Virus record (IMG/VR): IMGVR_UViG_3300031627_001261
Span: 1-27,892 of that record
Length of the DNA: 27,892 nucleotides
Source of the DNA: a virus
Lineage: Duplodnaviria > Caudoviricetes
Direction: 5' to 3' (one strand)
The first letter of the stretch is position 1. Each line of letters begins with the position of its first letter. Position numbers and translations under genes: made by a program. The notes beneath the pieces are model-generated. The model was not told the origin of the DNA, did not search any database, and saw nothing but the letters and a program-made list of their open reading frames with translations. This document shows positions 25,045 to 27,892 of the stretch, one piece after another.

Positions 25045-27504
25045 TTACTGACAAAAACCGTTTCTAAAGACATACGGAGAACCCTCTATCTCTGCTTGTG
25101 TCGGAGGCGTTGTGGGAGGATAACATTCACACATCCCCGGTTCTGGGGCACTCATACAAGTGCTGGAAGCTAAGTTAACTGACCATTGATTAAAGAAGTT
25201 ATGCCAGTAATAGGTACATTGACCATCACAGCTGTAACCACCAGTGCCGCCGCCACAACCATTTGTATCTCCCGATACTAATAAGGAATCAGTCGTACCT
25301 GTAACGGTTGGACCAAGTCTGATACCATTACAATAATAAGTAGCGGTATATAGATATTGACAATCTTCGCCTACAAGACCGGTTCCGTATCTATCTCCCG
25401 AAAAGTTAACATCTTCTATTACGTAGTTTCTACCTGTTTCGGGAGCTGAAGCTCCAGTCCAAGTCACTTGAATTCCAAGCAATAAGTCAGGACTAGGCAG
25501 TGTTTCGAGACAGTCTCCACAATATTTAAAAGCCGAAGCTGAAAGACTTAATTCGTCCTGAGGGACAGAGCTAACCCCGAAAGATGATCCTTTGGCATAA
25601 GCCGGGAATAAAAACCCTGATTGTAAGCACTCGTAGTGAACCAGATCATAATTCCAAGCGCAATCAACTCCGCTCACTGCACCACTATGCTCCCCGGAGA
25701 AATTAGCATTAATGACATACCAGTTTCTGTCATTCGATGCAGCTCCCGAATAGCCCGTATAAGCCACCCAATCACCACTACCCACTCCGTCTAGGTTTTC
25801 TGCGTAGTATTCTCTTCCAGTTTCCCAGACTCCATAACATTCTCCTGATTCATCGACACTCTTGTCGCAGCAATACCAGTTTAGATTAGCATTGGGAACC
25901 TTCTGTAGGTAAGTATCGCAAACAACACTCGTAGAACTAGGTAGAACAGCACAATATCTAGGGATGTTGTTGGAGGGCGCTGATGAATAGCAATTGCCCT
26001 GTTGAACAGCCGCTTTTCCTATCTCAAGCTCTACCAGCGTGACATCATAACCGCAGCAGTCTGCATTCCACGCACCGACACTCTTAATTCCCCACTTCGT
26101 TGTACCTGTAGACTCTGGACAACAACCTGTTGAGTATACGTTTGCCATAAAGTCAACGTTGGGAAAGGCACCCGCCTGATTTTTTAGAATTGCGAGAGTG
26201 TTACCTCGTGACTTCTCTGAACAAAAGCAAGGGTCTGTTTCAGAGTTGGTCAAGAAAGTTCCTGCCTTTTGGAGATAGTAAACCGTTCCTCCATAGCATC
26301 CGACAAGATCTGCAGAACCAAATGCACTACCGCTACAACTGGGTTCAAAGAATGTTCCCACAAAATTATCCGGTCTGTCAGGATTGAACTTAGAATCGTT
26401 GGGGGGACTGCAATTCCGAGGGTCATTCCATACGCCATTGAGTTTGGGATAACAGGTACTGGTCGATCCGGGAGAAGTAGGTCCGGCTCCATTAAAACCT
26501 GAGCCTAAGAACTTGAGTTCCCACTTGAGAGCCCGAGCACCCATAGGAGGGGGATTAACCATCCCTCCCGGTACTCCGTCTATCTGATCTTGCATATCTT
26601 GTCCGCAGCCACGAGCCGCTGCATTTCCGTAGCCGTAGAATTCCCTAACGGAGGTTGCCCGGTTTCCGCCGTTCTTTCGCTTCTTATTATCTGGATCATT
26701 ATAACAGCACGTTACACTTCCGTCAGAAGTGTCAATAGGATTGGGAGTAGTGTCTCCGTTGTCTATCCAGTAGCCGCTATAAGGACCAAATGCTCCTTCA
26801 AATACGTGTCGAACCTGCCTCGGGTCACCATTTGGGTATATCTTTTCACACGGAGTACCGGATGTTACATCCCGAACGTCCGTACAAAGACGACTTTGAT
26901 AACAGCCCGAATTGGAAGAAGTAAAACCCCCGAAACAAACATTATAATTATCGTACTCACCGTATGGCTTACTAGGATCAGGGGGACCTCCCGGGCCCGG
27001 AGTTCCTCCTCCTCCGAAGATGATCGGCCAAGGCCAGATAACATCCCACCAGCTACGACCCTCTCTGAACTGAACATCGAATCTACTTGGAGCTGCTCCG
27101 TCAGAGGGTGCCAAGGCTCTGTCTATATCTGAGGCTTCAATTCTGTCAGACACATCGGTGCCCGCACTATCCGCAGCGCCTTGTGCCTTGGAGTTAGGAG
27201 CATTGTCTCCAGTTCCGAGCTTCCCGGTATTCGAATCGTATTTAGGATTGCCCGCCCGTATGGAACTCTTCTCCGAAGTGCTGGTAACAGACTTGGTCCT
27301 AGTGTCCCCTGCCTCATTAGAAGCGGGAACATTTACGGAAGAAATTGTATCCGAGGCTTTTGTGTCAGTAGCATCTTGATTAGCAGAGTCTGTTCCTAGT
27401 TTGGAATCAATACCCTGAGTTACCCCTCCTGAATTTCTATTACCTTTAGGGGTCCCGTCTGGATTAAATTCACCAGCCGAACCATCTACTTTTGTAAAAG
27501 CCAT
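25045..27504 (-). CDS. Large Cys/Gly/Ser-rich protein, probably virion-associated
   Basis: 819 aa; low-complexity Cys-free N-terminal ~185 aa, then about 36 Cys; GGGAG SD upstream. Confidence 0.7.
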   Translation of the reverse strand: MAFTKVDGSAGEFNPDGTPKGNRNSGGVTQGIDSKLGTDSANQDATDTKASDTISSVNVPASNEAGDTRTKSVTSTSEKSSIRAGNPKYDSNTGKLGTGDNAPNSKAQGAADSAGTDVSDRIEASDIDRALAPSDGAAPSRFDVQFREGRSWWDVIWPWPIIFGGGGTPGPGGPPDPSKPYGEYDNYNVCFGGFTSSNSGCYQSRLCTDVRDVTSGTPCEKIYPNGDPRQVRHVFEGAFGPYSGYWIDNGDTTPNPIDTSDGSVTCCYNDPDNKKRKNGGNRATSVREFYGYGNAAARGCGQDMQDQIDGVPGGMVNPPPMGARALKWELKFLGSGFNGAGPTSPGSTSTCYPKLNGVWNDPRNCSPPNDSKFNPDRPDNFVGTFFEPSCSGSAFGSADLVGCYGGTVYYLQKAGTFLTNSETDPCFCSEKSRGNTLAILKNQAGAFPNVDFMANVYSTGCCPESTGTTKWGIKSVGAWNADCCGYDVTLVELEIGKAAVQQGNCYSSAPSNNIPRYCAVLPSSTSVVCDTYLQKVPNANLNWYCCDKSVDESGECYGVWETGREYYAENLDGVGSGDWVAYTGYSGAASNDRNWYVINANFSGEHSGAVSGVDCAWNYDLVHYECLQSGFLFPAYAKGSSFGVSSVPQDELSLSASAFKYCGDCLETLPSPDLLLGIQVTWTGASAPETGRNYVIEDVNFSGDRYGTGLVGEDCQYLYTATYYCNGIRLGPTVTGTTDSLLVSGDTNGCGGGTGGYSCDGQCTYYWHNFFNQWSVNLASSTCMSAPEPGMCECYPPTTPPTQAEIEGSPYVFRNGFCQ

Positions 27505-27542
27505 ATCTTTTCTCCCTAGTCTGTTTATGTTATAAACTTATT

Positions 27543-27821
27543 TTACATAGTTTCTGTTAAAACTCTATCTAGAGTACAAACATTATCATGAGTTTTCTTA
27601 TTCTTTGCATAAGCTCGGAGACTAAGAGGCTTGTATTCTCCATGATGCCAGAGCTTCTTGCTACTACCGTCAAAGGTCATGCAATTGCAAGAGAAATCAA
27701 CCTCTACGGATTCTTCATCAATTCGCACAACCTGTGCGATAGAATATTCGTGTCAGTCAAAAGGTTCTTTGCCCGGTAGGGGGAATTTAGTTCTTTCAAC
27801 CCAATCTCCTAATTTTACCAT
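27543..27821 (-). CDS. 92-aa SH3-like ORF interrupted by an in-frame TGA (candidate selenoprotein or pseudogene)
   Basis: GGAGAG SD, ATG at 27821: MVKLGDWVERTKFPLPGKEPFD-TGA(27753-27755)-HEYSIAQVVRIDEESVEVDFSCNC..., in frame with track ORF 27543..27728. Confidence 0.6.
27723..27739 (-). promoter_or_regulatory. Hairpin resembling a bacterial SECIS element
   Basis: TCGCACA-GGT-TGTGCGA perfect 7-bp stem, separated by 13 nt from the in-frame TGA. Confidence 0.45.
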
Positions 27822-27860
27822 CTTTATATCTCTCCGATCTTATTTTTTTAAAAGTTAGAC

Positions 27861-27892
27861 TTACGCTTGAAAACTACTACCACACCCACAGG
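27861..27892 (-). CDS. iscA: C-terminal tip of IscA/ErpA/HesB-family Fe-S cluster assembly protein (partial)
   Basis: Reads xCGCGSSFQA-TAA, the A-type carrier C-terminal signature; only 10 codons visible. Confidence 0.65.
   Translation of the reverse strand, partial: CGCGSSFQA

Noticed and set aside
26590-27132. 180-aa plus-strand ORF and other short ORFs inside the 819-aa gene
   Set aside because: Antisense or alternative-frame shadows with no RBS or motif support.
1-27892. Genome-wide stop-codon reassignment (code 4/15/25)
   Set aside because: Standard code gives full-length conserved proteins, with TGA, TAG and TAA stops at coupled gene junctions; only one in-frame TGA was noticed.

Overview
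Gene-dense, almost entirely minus-strand segment with overlapping start/stop codons, most consistent with a large tailed dsDNA bacteriophage (host not determinable from sequence). In transcription order (right to left): the C-terminal tip of an IscA/HesB Fe-S scaffold gene; a small ORF with an in-frame TGA followed by a SECIS-like hairpin; an 819-aa Cys-rich, probably structural protein; PhoH; an FmdB zinc ribbon; a recombination/replication operon; a sigma-70-family factor; a ~7 kb glycosyltransferase/nucleotidyltransferase cluster; a NUMOD3/DUF559 endonuclease; and a truncated annealase-like gene. The operon contains RecA, a Vsr/DUF559 nuclease, DnaB, DnaG, dNMP kinase, a Cas4/AddB-like exonuclease, a TnpB/Cas12f-like RuvC protein, a PD-(D/E)XK nuclease, and DnaE split into two genes around a DEDDh exonuclease. 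Best leads: (1) an apparently domesticated TnpB-like protein with an atypical D-D-H RuvC triad, coupled to a Cas4-like gene, with no transposase or CRISPR array; (2) an intein-free split DnaE with a degenerate PHP site and an intervening proofreading exonuclease; (3) a candidate phage selenoprotein. No tRNA, rRNA or CRISPR array was seen. All calls come from motif recognition by eye; no searches were run.
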